Of a stretch of 64,000 bases of DNA, positions 53,583 through 63,827 are shown piece by piece. Every line of letters starts with the position of its first letter. Position 1 is the first letter of the stretch. The stretch spans positions 1,376,001 through 1,440,000 of the forward strand of contig OZ220480.1 in the NCBI GenBank assembly GCA_965116025.1, written 5' to 3'. Under the pieces are notes generated by a model that did no database searches, had not been told where the DNA came from, and worked only from the letters and a program-made list of their open reading frames with translations. A program made the position numbers and the translations under genes. The stretch is from an uncultured candidatus Porisulfidus sp. Its GTDB lineage: Bacteria; Pseudomonadota; Gammaproteobacteria; Poriferisulfidales; Poriferisulfidaceae.

Positions 53583-55399
53583 GCCGCTCCGCCGCGCGAG
53601 AAAGGATCATGGCGACGGCGTTCGGCGGCGCTCCAGCTTTTCCACGGAGAGCGAGAATCGAGCGCCGCCTCCCGCTCGGATTCGTCGCGCTCGCGTTTTC
53701 GCTCGGGCTGGCGTCGGGTTGCCAGTCCGCGCGCGAGCAGGTCGAGCCTGTGGCGGAGACTCCCGTCGCGGACCTGATGTACGAGCTGCTGCAGGGCGAG
53801 ATGAGCGGGTTCCGTGGAGATCTGCCAGTCGCGTTCGATCACTACTACCGGGCGTCCCTGCTGACGGATGATCCCAAGGTCGCCTCGCGGGCCACCGAGA
53901 TCGCTCTGTGGATGCGGGACTACGAACGCGCGTCGATGGCCGCCGCGCGCTGGCGAGAGCTGGTTCCGGAAAACCCGCATCCGTTGCGCGTGCTCGGCGC
54001 CACCCACGCGATTTCCGGGGATATTCCGGCCGCGCGCGCGGCATACGAGGAGTCCATCGACGCGTCTCCGCTCAGTCTGGAGATGGACCTGCTCGCGGTG
54101 ACGAACTCGCTCTCCATCGAGGCGGCGCGGCCCGCGCGACTCGCCGTCCTCAAGGCTTTGGCGGGCAGCTATCCGAGCAGCGCTCACGCCCATTTGCATG
54201 TGGCGGGCATCGCGCGGGCGGAAGGAAAGACGGAGGAGGCCCTGGCGGCGGCGCGGCGCGCTTCCGAGCGACTTCCCCGATGGCCCGAGGCGATCGCCCT
54301 GCGCGCCGATATCCTGCGCGAGACGGGGCGCTCCGAAGAGGCGGTCGCGCTACTGCGCGAGACCCTGGAGATGCCGATCCAGAACGCGTCGCGCCTGCGC
54401 CAGATGCTGGCGGATATCCTGAACGGCCTGGGGAAGAAAGCTGAGGCGCGAGCGGAATTCTCCGCGTTGCTCGACTCCGACCCGAACAACCCGCATTTGC
54501 AAATGACGCTCGGCTCCCTAGCGCTCATGGCGGGCGACTGGAAGGAATCCGAGCGCCACTTTCTCGCGCTCCGGGCCAACTCCCGCCCGCTGGTGGCCGA
54601 TCAGGAGCCGACCCTGAACCGCTCGGTCGGAGCGTATTTCCTCGGTCTGGCGGCCGAGGAGTCCGGGGACGTGGCGAAGGCCATGGACTACTACTACCAG
54701 GTCGATGAGCGGGACTATTTCGGGGTCGACGAGTACTATCAGAAAGCGCGGGCCCGAATCGGGCGTCTGCTGCTGGATTCGGGGTATCTGGATCGGGCGC
54801 GCATGCATTTCCAAGTGTCGCGCGGGCGTAGCCAGCGCGAGGGAAGCGTGGTGCAGCTATACGTCGCGGAGAGCGACATGCTATACGGATTGCGGCGATA
54901 CGATGCCGGGTTCTCCTTGCTGAGCGAGGCATTGCAGAAATATCCGGGTCATGCCGCCCTGCTGTACAGCCGCGCCTTGCAGGCCGAGCGGCTCGGGCGG
55001 GTCGACTGGCTCGAGCGTGACCTGAGGGCGGTGCTCGCGGAGGATCCGGATAATCCGCAGGCCCTGAACGCGCTGGGCTACACCTGGGCGGACCACAACC
55101 AGAATCTCGACCTCGCGCTGGACTACATCGAGCGCGCGCACGCCCAGCTGCCGAATGACGCGGCGGTCACCGACAGTTTGGGATGGGTGCATTACCGGCT
55201 CGGCAATCTCGAGCGCGCGGAGACCTTGCTGCGACGGGCGTTCACGATCCAGCCCGAAGGAGAGATCGTGGCCCATCTGGTCGAGGTGCTCTGGACCTTG
55301 GGGCGGCGCGAGGAAGCCCGAAAAATCTACCGCGAGGCGGTGGACCGCCTTCCGGACGACGAATTCCTGGGACGAATCGGACGGCGCTTCTCCCTATGA
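53579..55399 (+). CDS. TPR-repeat lipoprotein of the conserved hemA-TPR-lolB-ispE locus
   Basis: Lipobox-like ASGC, TPR repeats, ALNALGYTWAD...DSLGWVHYRLG; start uncertain. Confidence 0.85.
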   Translation: MSRSAARERIMATAFGGAPAFPRRARIERRLPLGFVALAFSLGLASGCQSAREQVEPVAETPVADLMYELLQGEMSGFRGDLPVAFDHYYRASLLTDDPKVASRATEIALWMRDYERASMAAARWRELVPENPHPLRVLGATHAISGDIPAARAAYEESIDASPLSLEMDLLAVTNSLSIEAARPARLAVLKALAGSYPSSAHAHLHVAGIARAEGKTEEALAAARRASERLPRWPEAIALRADILRETGRSEEAVALLRETLEMPIQNASRLRQMLADILNGLGKKAEARAEFSALLDSDPNNPHLQMTLGSLALMAGDWKESERHFLALRANSRPLVADQEPTLNRSVGAYFLGLAAEESGDVAKAMDYYYQVDERDYFGVDEYYQKARARIGRLLLDSGYLDRARMHFQVSRGRSQREGSVVQLYVAESDMLYGLRRYDAGFSLLSEALQKYPGHAALLYSRALQAERLGRVDWLERDLRAVLAEDPDNPQALNALGYTWADHNQNLDLALDYIERAHAQLPNDAAVTDSLGWVHYRLGNLERAETLLRRAFTIQPEGEIVAHLVEVLWTLGRREEARKIYREAVDRLPDDEFLGRIGRRFSL

Positions 55400-56004
55400 A
55401 GAGAATGGGACTCGTTCCAGTGGCGGCTCTTCTGCTGTCGGCCGGTTGCGCGCCGCTGGAGCCGCCGCCCGAGACGGACGCGGACGACTTGGAACGGGCC
55501 CGACTCTGGGAGACGCACCGTCGCAGCGTGGCGGATCTCGACGAGTGGGGTTTTCGAGGGCGATTCGGCTTGCGATGGGAAGGCGGCCAGGTTCAGGGCC
55601 GTCTCCAGTGGCGGCAGATGGGCGCCGGCTTCCAACTTCGACTGAGCGGGCCGTTTGGGCTCAATCCCGTGCGGATCGCCGGCGACCTGCGAACCGGCGA
55701 GGCGGTCCTGGACGATGGAGAGAAGGTCGCGCGGGGAATGATCGAAGAGGTGATGCGCGCGCGTCTGGGCTTCGCGTTGCCGCTGGCGGAACTGGCGGAT
55801 CTCGCGCGCGGCATCCCATCTTCCGATTCCGGCGAGGTCACGCTCGACGGACAGGCCCGGGCCCTGCGGATCCTTCAGGGAGGATGGGAGATCGATTATC
55901 GCGACTACAGCTGTTGCGAGGAGCCGGCTCTGCCCGGGCGAGTGCGTTTCGCCCAAGAGTCGATGCGCGGCGCGCTGGTGGTCCGCGAATGGAGCCGGAA
56001 CTGA
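55396..56004 (+). CDS. lolB: Outer membrane lipoprotein receptor LolB
   Basis: Lipobox SAGC, LRLSGPFG, GWEIDY; synteny with ispE. Confidence 0.88.
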   Translation: MKRMGLVPVAALLLSAGCAPLEPPPETDADDLERARLWETHRRSVADLDEWGFRGRFGLRWEGGQVQGRLQWRQMGAGFQLRLSGPFGLNPVRIAGDLRTGEAVLDDGEKVARGMIEEVMRARLGFALPLAELADLARGIPSSDSGEVTLDGQARALRILQGGWEIDYRDYSCCEEPALPGRVRFAQESMRGALVVREWSRN

Positions 56005-56007
56005 CCG

Positions 56008-56838
56008 ATGCGCCTGCGTGCGCCCGCCAAGCTCAACTTGTTTCTCCATGTGACCGGTCGGCGCGCGGACGGCTACCACGAGTTGCAGACCCTGTTCCAG
56101 TTGATCGACTACGCGGACCGCCTCACGATCAAGCCGCGAGAGGATGATCGCTTCGAGTACGCGGACGACTCGGGCAGGGATTTCGGGATGTCCAATCTGT
56201 GCCTGCGGGCCGCCGAGCTGGCGCGCGCGCGATACCCTGAAGGCTGTGGGGCCTCGATGTTCCTGAACAAGCGCATCGCGGTCGGCGCGGGGCTGGGCGG
56301 CGGCAGCTCCGACGCGGCCGCCGTGCTGCACGGACTCAATCGGTTGTGGGGCCGGCCATGGACCATCAGGGAGCTGGCCGCGATGGGGCGGGAACTGGGG
56401 GCGGACGTGCCGCTGTTCGTGCGCGGGCGCACCGCCTGGGCGGAAGGCGTGGGCGAGAGGCTGACGCCGGTGGACCGTCCGGAAGGGTTCGCGCTGGTGC
56501 TGCCGACCCCGTCGGAAGTGAGCACGGCCGAGGCGTACCGGTCCCTGGAATTGACACAATGGAGCGCTCCTATCAAAATGGAGGAGGTGGACGCTTACTG
56601 GGGAAGCAACGTCTTCGAGAAATCGCTTCGGGCCCGCCTGCCGGAAGTGGGCGCGCGTCTGGATTGGTTGCGCCGCCGCGCGCGCGCGGCCGTCACCGGC
56701 TCAGGTGGCTCGGTCTTCGCGTGGTTCGACGATCGCGGCGCGGCCGAGGCGGCGCTGGCGCTCTGCCCGCCGGAGTGGAACGGGAGGGTCGCCGCGAGTC
56801 TCGCGCGCTCTCCAGTGCTGGAGCGAGAGGACGCATGA
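56008..56838 (+). CDS. ispE: 4-diphosphocytidyl-2-C-methyl-D-erythritol kinase
   Basis: APAKLNLFL, GAGLGGGSSDAA, LGADVP, TGSG. Confidence 0.96.
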   Translation: MRLRAPAKLNLFLHVTGRRADGYHELQTLFQLIDYADRLTIKPREDDRFEYADDSGRDFGMSNLCLRAAELARARYPEGCGASMFLNKRIAVGAGLGGGSSDAAAVLHGLNRLWGRPWTIRELAAMGRELGADVPLFVRGRTAWAEGVGERLTPVDRPEGFALVLPTPSEVSTAEAYRSLELTQWSAPIKMEEVDAYWGSNVFEKSLRARLPEVGARLDWLRRRARAAVTGSGGSVFAWFDDRGAAEAALALCPPEWNGRVAASLARSPVLEREDA

Positions 56839-56845
56839 AGGATGT

Positions 56846-56923
56846 TGGGCCGTCGCCAAGTCAGGTTAAGGCACGGGGTTTTGATCCCCGCATTCGCAGG
56901 TTCGAATCCTGCCGGCCCAGCCA
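56846..56923 (+). tRNA. tRNA-Gln (anticodon TTG)
   Basis: Acceptor stem TGGGCCG/CGGCCCA, anticodon arm CGGGG-TTTTGAT-CCCCG, GGTTCGAATCC T-loop, encoded CCA; typical ispE-tRNA-prs position. Confidence 0.96.
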
Positions 56924-56954
56924 CCGTTTCGTTTTCCCGGAGGGAGCCTAGAGC

Positions 56955-57911
56955 ATGAGCGACTACGACGACCTGATGGTGTTCGGCGGAAACGCCCATC
57001 CAGATCTCGCGCGGAAGATCGTCCAGCATCTCAGCATCCCGCTGGGCAAGGCCGACATCGGACGTTTCAGCGATGGCGAGGTGCGCGTCGAGATCAACGA
57101 GAACGTCCGCGGCAAGGACGTGTTCATCGTGCAGCCGACGTGCAGCCCGACCAACGAGAACCTGATGGAGCTGGTGATCATCGTCGACGCGCTGCGCCGC
57201 TCGTCGGCGCACCGCATCACGGCGGTGGTGTCGTACTTCGGTTATTCGAGGCAGGATCGCCGCGCCCGCTCGGGCCGCGTGCCGATCTCGGCCAAGCTGG
57301 CGGCGAACATCATCACCGCGGCCGGGGTCGATCGGGTTCTGACCATCGACCTGCATGCCGATCAGGAGCAGGGCTTCTTCGACATCCCGGTCGACAACAT
57401 CTACGCCTCCCCGATCCTGATCAAGGACATCTGGCATCAGGGCGGGGATGGTCGCCTGGTGACGGTGTCGCCGGATATCGGCGGGGTGGTGCGCGCTCGC
57501 GCGTTCGCCAAGCAACTCGGCAGCGAGCTCGCGATCATCGACAAGCGCCGGCCGAGCCCCAACGAGTCCGAGGTCATGAGCGTCATCGGCGAGGTCGAGG
57601 GCATGGCCTGCGTGATGGTCGACGACATGGTGGACACGGCGGGCACCCTGTGCCACGCCGCCGCCGCCCTGAAGGAACGCGGAGCCACTCGGGTCGTCGC
57701 CTATGCCACGCATCCGGTGCTGTCGGGGCGGGCCATCGAGAATCTGGCGGACTCGGCGCTCGACGAGCTCGTCGTGACGGACACCATTCCGTTGCGCGAG
57801 GAGGCCCGGAGCTGCGACCGGATTCGGGCGCTTAGCGTGTCCGAACTGCTGGCGGAATCCATCTCCCGCATTCACCGGAACGAGTCGATCAGCACGCTGT
57901 TCATCGAGTGA
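56955..57911 (+). CDS. prs: Ribose-phosphate pyrophosphokinase
   Basis: [36 protein letters not shown]. Confidence 0.98.
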   Translation: MSDYDDLMVFGGNAHPDLARKIVQHLSIPLGKADIGRFSDGEVRVEINENVRGKDVFIVQPTCSPTNENLMELVIIVDALRRSSAHRITAVVSYFGYSRQDRRARSGRVPISAKLAANIITAAGVDRVLTIDLHADQEQGFFDIPVDNIYASPILIKDIWHQGGDGRLVTVSPDIGGVVRARAFAKQLGSELAIIDKRRPSPNESEVMSVIGEVEGMACVMVDDMVDTAGTLCHAAAALKERGATRVVAYATHPVLSGRAIENLADSALDELVVTDTIPLREEARSCDRIRALSVSELLAESISRIHRNESISTLFIE

Positions 57912-58000
57912 GGACCGCCGCCGCTCGCGGATGGGACGCTGGCCGTCCCTGATCCAGAGAGATTCAGGCCCGGAGTCGGTCGCGACGCGAAAAGCCGTTT

Positions 58001-58009
58001 TGTTATAAT
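58001..58009 (+). promoter_or_regulatory. Extended -10 promoter of aprMBA
   Basis: Perfect TGnTATAAT (TGTTATAAT) about 41 nt upstream of aprM. Confidence 0.6.
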
Positions 58010-58050
58010 GCGGCGACCGGACATCGAAAAACTTTTGGAAGCCAGAGAAT

Positions 58051-58815
58051 ATGTTCACCAGCGATCCCTTTGCTGATCTTTCGGCATACATCCCCGGCGC
58101 CGTGGCGCAGGGTTTCGTCATCGTCATGTTCGCCCTCGTCGTGGCGGGCACGCTGTTCGACGTCGTGCACAAGAAAAGCGCCAAGTACTTCTTCAAGGAC
58201 TGGCAGAAGTCGAAAGACAAGGGAACCCGGCAGGTCGGGAGCGGCGAGATCGCGTCCATGGCGGCGCGGACCTTGGCGAGCGAGGTGCTGACCTCATCGG
58301 AGTTCTGCTCCGCGCGAAGGAGAATCGCGCACCTGCTCACCATGTACGGCTTCATCGGGCATGTCGTCGCGACCGCCGTCTTGGTGTTCGGGATCTCCGG
58401 CGCTACCGCTTGGTCCGTGGCGTGGCACGTCGGGGCCCTGATGGTCTGCGTGGGCGGCTACTGGTTCTGGTTCTTTATCCGGGCGGACGTGTCCGCCGAG
58501 GGCCATTCCCCGTTTCGAATCATCCGCGCTGACCTGTTCGTTCTGTCGTTGCTCGCGAGCGCGACGTTCGCTCTGCTCTGGTCTGGACTGCAGGGATCGC
58601 TAGCGGGATGGATCTTCTTTGGACTGTACGCGTTCGCGACCACGATGCTGTTCGGATCCGTGCCCTGGTCCAAGTTCGCGCACATGTTCTTCAAGCCCTC
58701 GGCCGCCCTGCAGAAAAGGGTGGCGGAAGCGGCTGGGTCGAGAAGCAATTTGCCAGCCCCGGCGGACAAGCCGGAGGCCTTCGGCAACGCGCGCGGCCTG
58801 CCGACGAATTATTGA
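58051..58815 (+). CDS. aprM: APS reductase membrane anchor AprM
   Basis: DVVHKKSAKYFF, RRIAHLLTMYGF, VPWSKFAHMFFKP; upstream of aprBA. Confidence 0.92.
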   Translation: MFTSDPFADLSAYIPGAVAQGFVIVMFALVVAGTLFDVVHKKSAKYFFKDWQKSKDKGTRQVGSGEIASMAARTLASEVLTSSEFCSARRRIAHLLTMYGFIGHVVATAVLVFGISGATAWSVAWHVGALMVCVGGYWFWFFIRADVSAEGHSPFRIIRADLFVLSLLASATFALLWSGLQGSLAGWIFFGLYAFATTMLFGSVPWSKFAHMFFKPSAALQKRVAEAAGSRSNLPAPADKPEAFGNARGLPTNY

Positions 58816-58884
58816 TCGGGCTATCCCCGACTCCAAGAACTTTCAAGGACTCTTCACCTCAACTACGGAAAAGGATAGGAAAGC

Positions 58885-59328
58885 ATGCCAACTTTCGTTT
58901 ATATGACTCGCTGCGATGGTTGCGGCCACTGCGTGGATATCTGCCCCTCGGACATCATGCACATCGATAAGACTTATCGGCGCGCCTACAACATCGAGCC
59001 CAACATGTGCTGGGAATGCTACTCCTGCGTGAAGGCTTGCCCGCAAAACGCGATCGACGCGCGCGGATACGCCGATTTCGCGCCTCTGGGCCATAGCGTC
59101 CGAGCGTTGCGCGAAGAGGAGAAGGGAACGATTTCCTGGAAAGTCATGTTCCGCGATGGTCGGGAGAAGAACTTCGTCTCGCCGATCCGGACTACCGATT
59201 GGGGGACGATCCCGTCTCCCGCCGACCTGGCGGAGCCTAGCGCGGAAGACTTTCGCACCGAGGAGCTCGCGCACGAGCCGGACGCGCTCAACATCGATGG
59301 CGGATTGCCCACGTTGAAAACAGCCTGA
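58885..59328 (+). CDS. aprB: Adenylylsulfate reductase beta subunit
   Basis: MPTFVYMTRCDGCGHCVDICPSDIM, CWECYSCVKACP. Confidence 0.97.
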   Translation: MPTFVYMTRCDGCGHCVDICPSDIMHIDKTYRRAYNIEPNMCWECYSCVKACPQNAIDARGYADFAPLGHSVRALREEEKGTISWKVMFRDGREKNFVSPIRTTDWGTIPSPADLAEPSAEDFRTEELAHEPDALNIDGGLPTLKTA

Positions 59329-59368
59329 AAAGCTTTAACACCCCTGAAACTCAAGGAGCGACCTAATA

Positions 59369-61213
59369 ATGGGATGGTTTGATCGAAGAAAAACGGTTTT
59401 CGTGGATTCCGACATTCTCGTCGTCGGCGGAGGCATGGCCGGTTGCGGCGCCACGTACGAATCCAAATACTGGGGGCGGGACCTGAAAGTAGTGTGCGTC
59501 GAGAAGGCGAACATCGAGCGCAGCGGGGCGGTCGCCCAAGGCCTGTACGCGATCAACTGCTACATGGGCATGCAGTGGGGCGAGAACCAGCCGGAAGACC
59601 ACGTCCGCTACGCGCGCAGCGACCTGATGGGACTCGTGCGGGAGGATCTCGGCTACGACATCGCCCGGCATGTCGATGCCACGGTGCACAAGTTCGAGGA
59701 ATGGGGGCTTCCCATCATGCGGGACCCGGAGACGGGTCGCTACCAGCGCGAGGGGAAATGGCAGATCATGATTCACGGCGAGAGCTACAAGCCGATCGTC
59801 GCCGAGGCCGCCCGCAAGGCCGCCAACGAGGTCTACAACCGAATCATGGTGACCCACCTGCTGATGGATGAGACGAAGCCCAACCGGGTGGCTGGGGCCG
59901 TTGGCTTCAACGTCCGCACCGGGGACTACTACGTGTTCCGCGCCAAGGCCGTGATCGTCTGCGCTGGCGGAGCCTCGCACATTTACAAGCCCCGCTCCGT
60001 GGGAGAGGGCATGGGTCGCACTTGGTACGCGCCATGGAGCAGCGCGTCCGCCTACGCTCTGCCGATCCTGGCCGGCGCCAAGATGACGCAGATGGAGAAC
60101 CGGATCGTTCTCGCTCGCTTCAAGGACGGCTACGGACCGGTCGGCGCCTACTTCCTGCATCTCAAGACCTACACGCAGAACGGCCTTGGCGAGGAATACG
60201 AGTCCAAGTGGTACGACCAGACCAAGGAGCTCGTCGGCGACTACATCGACCAGCATCCGACCCCGACTTGCTTGCGCAACCACGCTTTTCTCGAGGAGGT
60301 GAAGGCGGGCAGAGGTCCCATCCGCATGGTCACCAAGGAGGCGTTCCAGGACCCGCACAAGGAAACCGTGGGCTGGGAAAACTTCCTTGGCATGACGATC
60401 GGGCAGGCGGTGGTCTGGGCGTCCCAGAACATCGATCCCAAGGAGATCAACCCGGAACTAACGACGTCCGAGCCCTACGTCATGGGGTCGCACGCGACCT
60501 GCTCGGGCGCTTGGGCGAGCGGTCCCTCGGATTTCGCGCCCTCCGACTATCAGTGGGGCTACAACCGGATGATGACCGTCGACGGTCTGTTCGGGGCCGG
60601 CGACACGATCGGCGGAAGCGCGCACAAGTTCTCGTCCGGGTCCTATACGGAAGGACGCATCGCGGCCAAGGCGGCGGTGAATTACGTCAATGACCTCAAG
60701 AACGAGAAGCTCAAGGTTGGCGAGAAACAGTATCAGGACCTGAAGAAGGTCATCTACAAGCCCTTGGAGAACTACGAGATCGGCCGCAACGAGATCGTGG
60801 CGGGCACCGTATCGCCTAGTTACATCCTGCCGATCCATGGCCTCCAGCGTCTCGAGAAGATCATGGACGAGTACGTCGGGGGGATCGGCACCAACTACAT
60901 GACCAACGGACCGTTGCTCACGCGCGGGCTGGAGTTGCTGGACATGCTGAAGGAGGATATCGAGAACATTGGAGCCGAGGATCTGCACCAGCTGCAGAGA
61001 GCTTGGGAGCTCCAGCACCGTTTCCTGGCCTCGCAGTCCGTGGCCCACCACACGATGTTCCGCAAGGAAACGCGCTGGCCGGGATATTACTATCGTGGCG
61101 ACTTCCCGAAGCTGGACGACGAGAACTGGCACTGTTTCACCCTGTCGCGCTACGACCGCGATTCCGACAGTTGGGAAGTGGAGAAGGCTCCGGTCCACCA
61201 TATCATCGACTAG
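59369..61213 (+). CDS. aprA: Adenylylsulfate reductase alpha subunit
   Basis: RSGAVAQGL, WQIMIHGESYK, FKDGYGPVGA, EPYVMGSH, HKFSSGS, ETRWPGYYYR. Confidence 0.98.
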   Translation: MGWFDRRKTVFVDSDILVVGGGMAGCGATYESKYWGRDLKVVCVEKANIERSGAVAQGLYAINCYMGMQWGENQPEDHVRYARSDLMGLVREDLGYDIARHVDATVHKFEEWGLPIMRDPETGRYQREGKWQIMIHGESYKPIVAEAARKAANEVYNRIMVTHLLMDETKPNRVAGAVGFNVRTGDYYVFRAKAVIVCAGGASHIYKPRSVGEGMGRTWYAPWSSASAYALPILAGAKMTQMENRIVLARFKDGYGPVGAYFLHLKTYTQNGLGEEYESKWYDQTKELVGDYIDQHPTPTCLRNHAFLEEVKAGRGPIRMVTKEAFQDPHKETVGWENFLGMTIGQAVVWASQNIDPKEINPELTTSEPYVMGSHATCSGAWASGPSDFAPSDYQWGYNRMMTVDGLFGAGDTIGGSAHKFSSGSYTEGRIAAKAAVNYVNDLKNEKLKVGEKQYQDLKKVIYKPLENYEIGRNEIVAGTVSPSYILPIHGLQRLEKIMDEYVGGIGTNYMTNGPLLTRGLELLDMLKEDIENIGAEDLHQLQRAWELQHRFLASQSVAHHTMFRKETRWPGYYYRGDFPKLDDENWHCFTLSRYDRDSDSWEVEKAPVHHIID

Positions 61214-61371
61214 ACGAATCGACGATCAGGAAAATCGTTATCGGAACGAGCGGACACGCGGCGCCTCCGCCAGCATTTAGAAATTTCAGGTGGACGGCTG
61301 GTCCGCGTGCCGCTCGCTTCCTTTCTCGGTCGGTCAGTGATAACCAGCGAAAAGGAAGAGTCGAAGCTTCG

Positions 61372-63129
61372 TTACGCGCCAGTCTCAGCAGATCTGGATC
61401 CTGTCTTTGTGCCCTTTTTGAATGCTCGCGAGGGCTCGTCGTTCGTCTCCAAAACGTTCCAAAGAAGCGAATCAAGCGCCTGTTGGCGGGTGGCGTTCGC
61501 GGTTTCCAAGTTGGTTTCCAACCGGTCACAAAGCCCCATGAGTTCATCGACTTTGGCGACAATGCGACGTTGCTCATCGAGAGGAGGAAGTGGAAATGGC
61601 GAGTTTGCGAAATACTCTTTTGGCACACGCTTTTGACCAGCTGTTCCAGTCATTTTGAGGATCCCAGGTTCTATGTATAGAGGGGATTTTAGAAATAGCA
61701 CTATGTAGCGTGCGTTTACAAGAACTGGACGAACGACATGAAGTTCTGTTGTTCCACTTCCGATGCCGCCAGTCAGATTTTGAAACACTACAGATTTACC
61801 ATTCTCGAAGCAAGGTGTGATCTTTGCTACACCAACATCACCTTCCGCAAAATGAGTGTAGCCTTTCTTGATCTCGCCCCAGAGATGTTTCATATGGCCA
61901 TTTTTTAGGCCCCATTCTGCTGGAATCAAGGGCATTGGAACAAAGGAGGCGACATGATCGTCGCCAATATCGTTTCGTGGGCTGAGTACGCCAATATTTG
62001 CTATCCTCGTCCAAATCCATGTATCTGGTAGAAGGAACGGATGGCCGTTTACGCTGAGCGGCTTTAGGATCTTTAGGCTTCTCATTTTAGGACGATGCGC
62101 CAAGAGTGCTTTCTTCTCCGTAATCCTCTTGAGCAATTCAAATGCTGGTTCATCCGCCGGGTTCTGTGCGATCAATTTCCCCTGAACCGCGAGGTTCAGT
62201 ATGGTCTGCCGGAGTTGTTTAATCTGATCGACACGAATTGTCAGAGAGGGAAGGGTATTGATTGCAAAACGCGCATGCGAGAGAAATGCCACATTGCTCG
62301 TATCTTGTATGGCCAGCCGGCTAAAACTGGCTTTGGCCAGACGACTTCGAATCTTTTCTCGCATTATCCATTTTGTGGCAAGCTGGTCGCAGAGCTCCAT
62401 AAGCTCAGCGACCTTAGCGACGATGCGGCGTTGTTCGGCGAGAGGTGGGAGAGGAAATGGAGCGGTGATAGCGTCTCTAGTTCTCAATCTTGGCATCTTT
62501 GTTCCTTGCCCAAGTTGTGTCACATAATCCACAAAATCGGATCGTCGTAGGGCTAGCGCACAATATTCTGGGCAAATAGGGATGCATGTGCGTAGTGCTA
62601 CGATTTCAGTCGTCGAATATCCTGGCTTGTCGGCGACTAGGACCTTGTTGAGATACGGTCGTAATTTTCCATAGAGAATATCGTGTGCTCGAAATTCTGA
62701 TTTCGTACTTTTGGGTTTTCGTTCAGTAGTAGCAATTCGGCGAAGTAATCTCCCTGTCTCTTTTTCAATATCTTCCAGTTCAAGTAACCACGATTTCGGC
62801 TTCAGGGTACCAGGCTTTCGTTTGGTGCCAGCGTCATATAAAAAGATGTTGCCGAGTGCTATCCACCGCCATGAATCCGGTAGACTAAAAGGTGCTTCGG
62901 TCATTTTCACCCAACTGGCTTGATTTTTCTTCACCACTCCGGCTTTTGCTAACCGTTTTTTCTCTTGTATCACCCGTTTCAGCAATTCAGACGCTGGCTC
63001 ATCTGCCGGATTTTGTTTGGCCAATTTCCCTCGGACTGCGAGATTTAGTACGAAGCGACGTATACTTGGAATAGCATCTGGATCTTTGTCAGCGTAATCA
63101 AAGAGCGCGAGCAGGCGTTCGATATTCAT
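61372..63129 (-). CDS. hsdS: Type I restriction-modification specificity subunit
   Basis: Two TRDs flanked by duplicated LAVxGKL..QNPADEPA and PFPLPPLxEQRRIVAKV; lower GC; ATG 63129 overlaps the HEPN stop. Confidence 0.93.
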   Translation of the reverse strand: MNIERLLALFDYADKDPDAIPSIRRFVLNLAVRGKLAKQNPADEPASELLKRVIQEKKRLAKAGVVKKNQASWVKMTEAPFSLPDSWRWIALGNIFLYDAGTKRKPGTLKPKSWLLELEDIEKETGRLLRRIATTERKPKSTKSEFRAHDILYGKLRPYLNKVLVADKPGYSTTEIVALRTCIPICPEYCALALRRSDFVDYVTQLGQGTKMPRLRTRDAITAPFPLPPLAEQRRIVAKVAELMELCDQLATKWIMREKIRSRLAKASFSRLAIQDTSNVAFLSHARFAINTLPSLTIRVDQIKQLRQTILNLAVQGKLIAQNPADEPAFELLKRITEKKALLAHRPKMRSLKILKPLSVNGHPFLLPDTWIWTRIANIGVLSPRNDIGDDHVASFVPMPLIPAEWGLKNGHMKHLWGEIKKGYTHFAEGDVGVAKITPCFENGKSVVFQNLTGGIGSGTTELHVVRPVLVNARYIVLFLKSPLYIEPGILKMTGTAGQKRVPKEYFANSPFPLPPLDEQRRIVAKVDELMGLCDRLETNLETANATRQQALDSLLWNVLETNDEPSRAFKKGTKTGSRSAETGA

Positions 63130-63485
63130 GTTTCCCGGGATGTCCCCAATTCGGCAAGCAATACCTGAACGACCCGATGAAGTTCTGGTAGGTCGGTTTC
63201 GGCATAATTCCAAACGCGATCCGGGATTACGATCGTATAGCCATGAATTAACAGATTTCTAAAATCAATGATAGCGCGTAGAGAAGGAATTCTTTTGGCG
63301 ACATCTGGGCAAGCATCATTTAGTTTGTTTAATGCCTCTCCTATAATCTCAAATTTTCGCTCGACTGCAGCTTGTGTTCGAGTGTCGTTCATGTAGGCCG
63401 TGAGGTCCATGCCATCCATGAAACGCTCAATGTCTAAAGTTGCCCGTTCGACATCTTTCAACAGGACTCGAGGATCAGGAGACAT
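63126..63485 (-). CDS. HEPN (DUF86/HepT-like) ribonuclease toxin, copy 2
   Basis: AVERKFEIIGEA, RNLLIHGY. Confidence 0.9.
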   Translation of the reverse strand: MSPDPRVLLKDVERATLDIERFMDGMDLTAYMNDTRTQAAVERKFEIIGEALNKLNDACPDVAKRIPSLRAIIDFRNLLIHGYTIVIPDRVWNYAETDLPELHRVVQVLLAELGTSRET

Positions 63486-63786
63486 AGATCGATTCGCGCG
63501 ACTTATTTATAGATTCGCGAAGATATGGATTTTGGATCGCGCCAGATTCGATTAGATCAACTGGACGTCCCAATATCTGGCGCAATGCTTCTGCGAAGCC
63601 GAAATATTGTTGAAAAGGTTCTTTGGTGCTGATAAATTTGAACTCTACCAAAAAATCTGCATCGCTGGTTTGCGGATCGAAATCCGTTCCACGTGCTGCT
63701 GACCCGAACACATCAAGCCATGCTACATCATAACGCTGGCAGAGTTCTACTAGCTCATCTCTTTTCTCGGCTATAGCGGCATGCAT
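63475..63786 (-). CDS. Minimal nucleotidyltransferase (MntA-like) antitoxin, copy 2
   Basis: FGSAARGTDF...SDADFLV, LGRPVDLI. Confidence 0.9.
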   Translation of the reverse strand: MHAAIAEKRDELVELCQRYDVAWLDVFGSAARGTDFDPQTSDADFLVEFKFISTKEPFQQYFGFAEALRQILGRPVDLIESGAIQNPYLRESINKSRESIYVS

Positions 63787-63827
63787 GGTTTATCTTTCCG
63801 GGTTGATAGCAGTCTAATATGTATTGC

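Noticed and set aside
56846-56923. tRNA-Gln as an integration site
   Set aside because: No duplicate of its 3' end and no integrase seen in the window
59369-59400. RR near the AprA N-terminus as a Tat signal
   Set aside because: No h-region; the FAD-binding motif follows immediately
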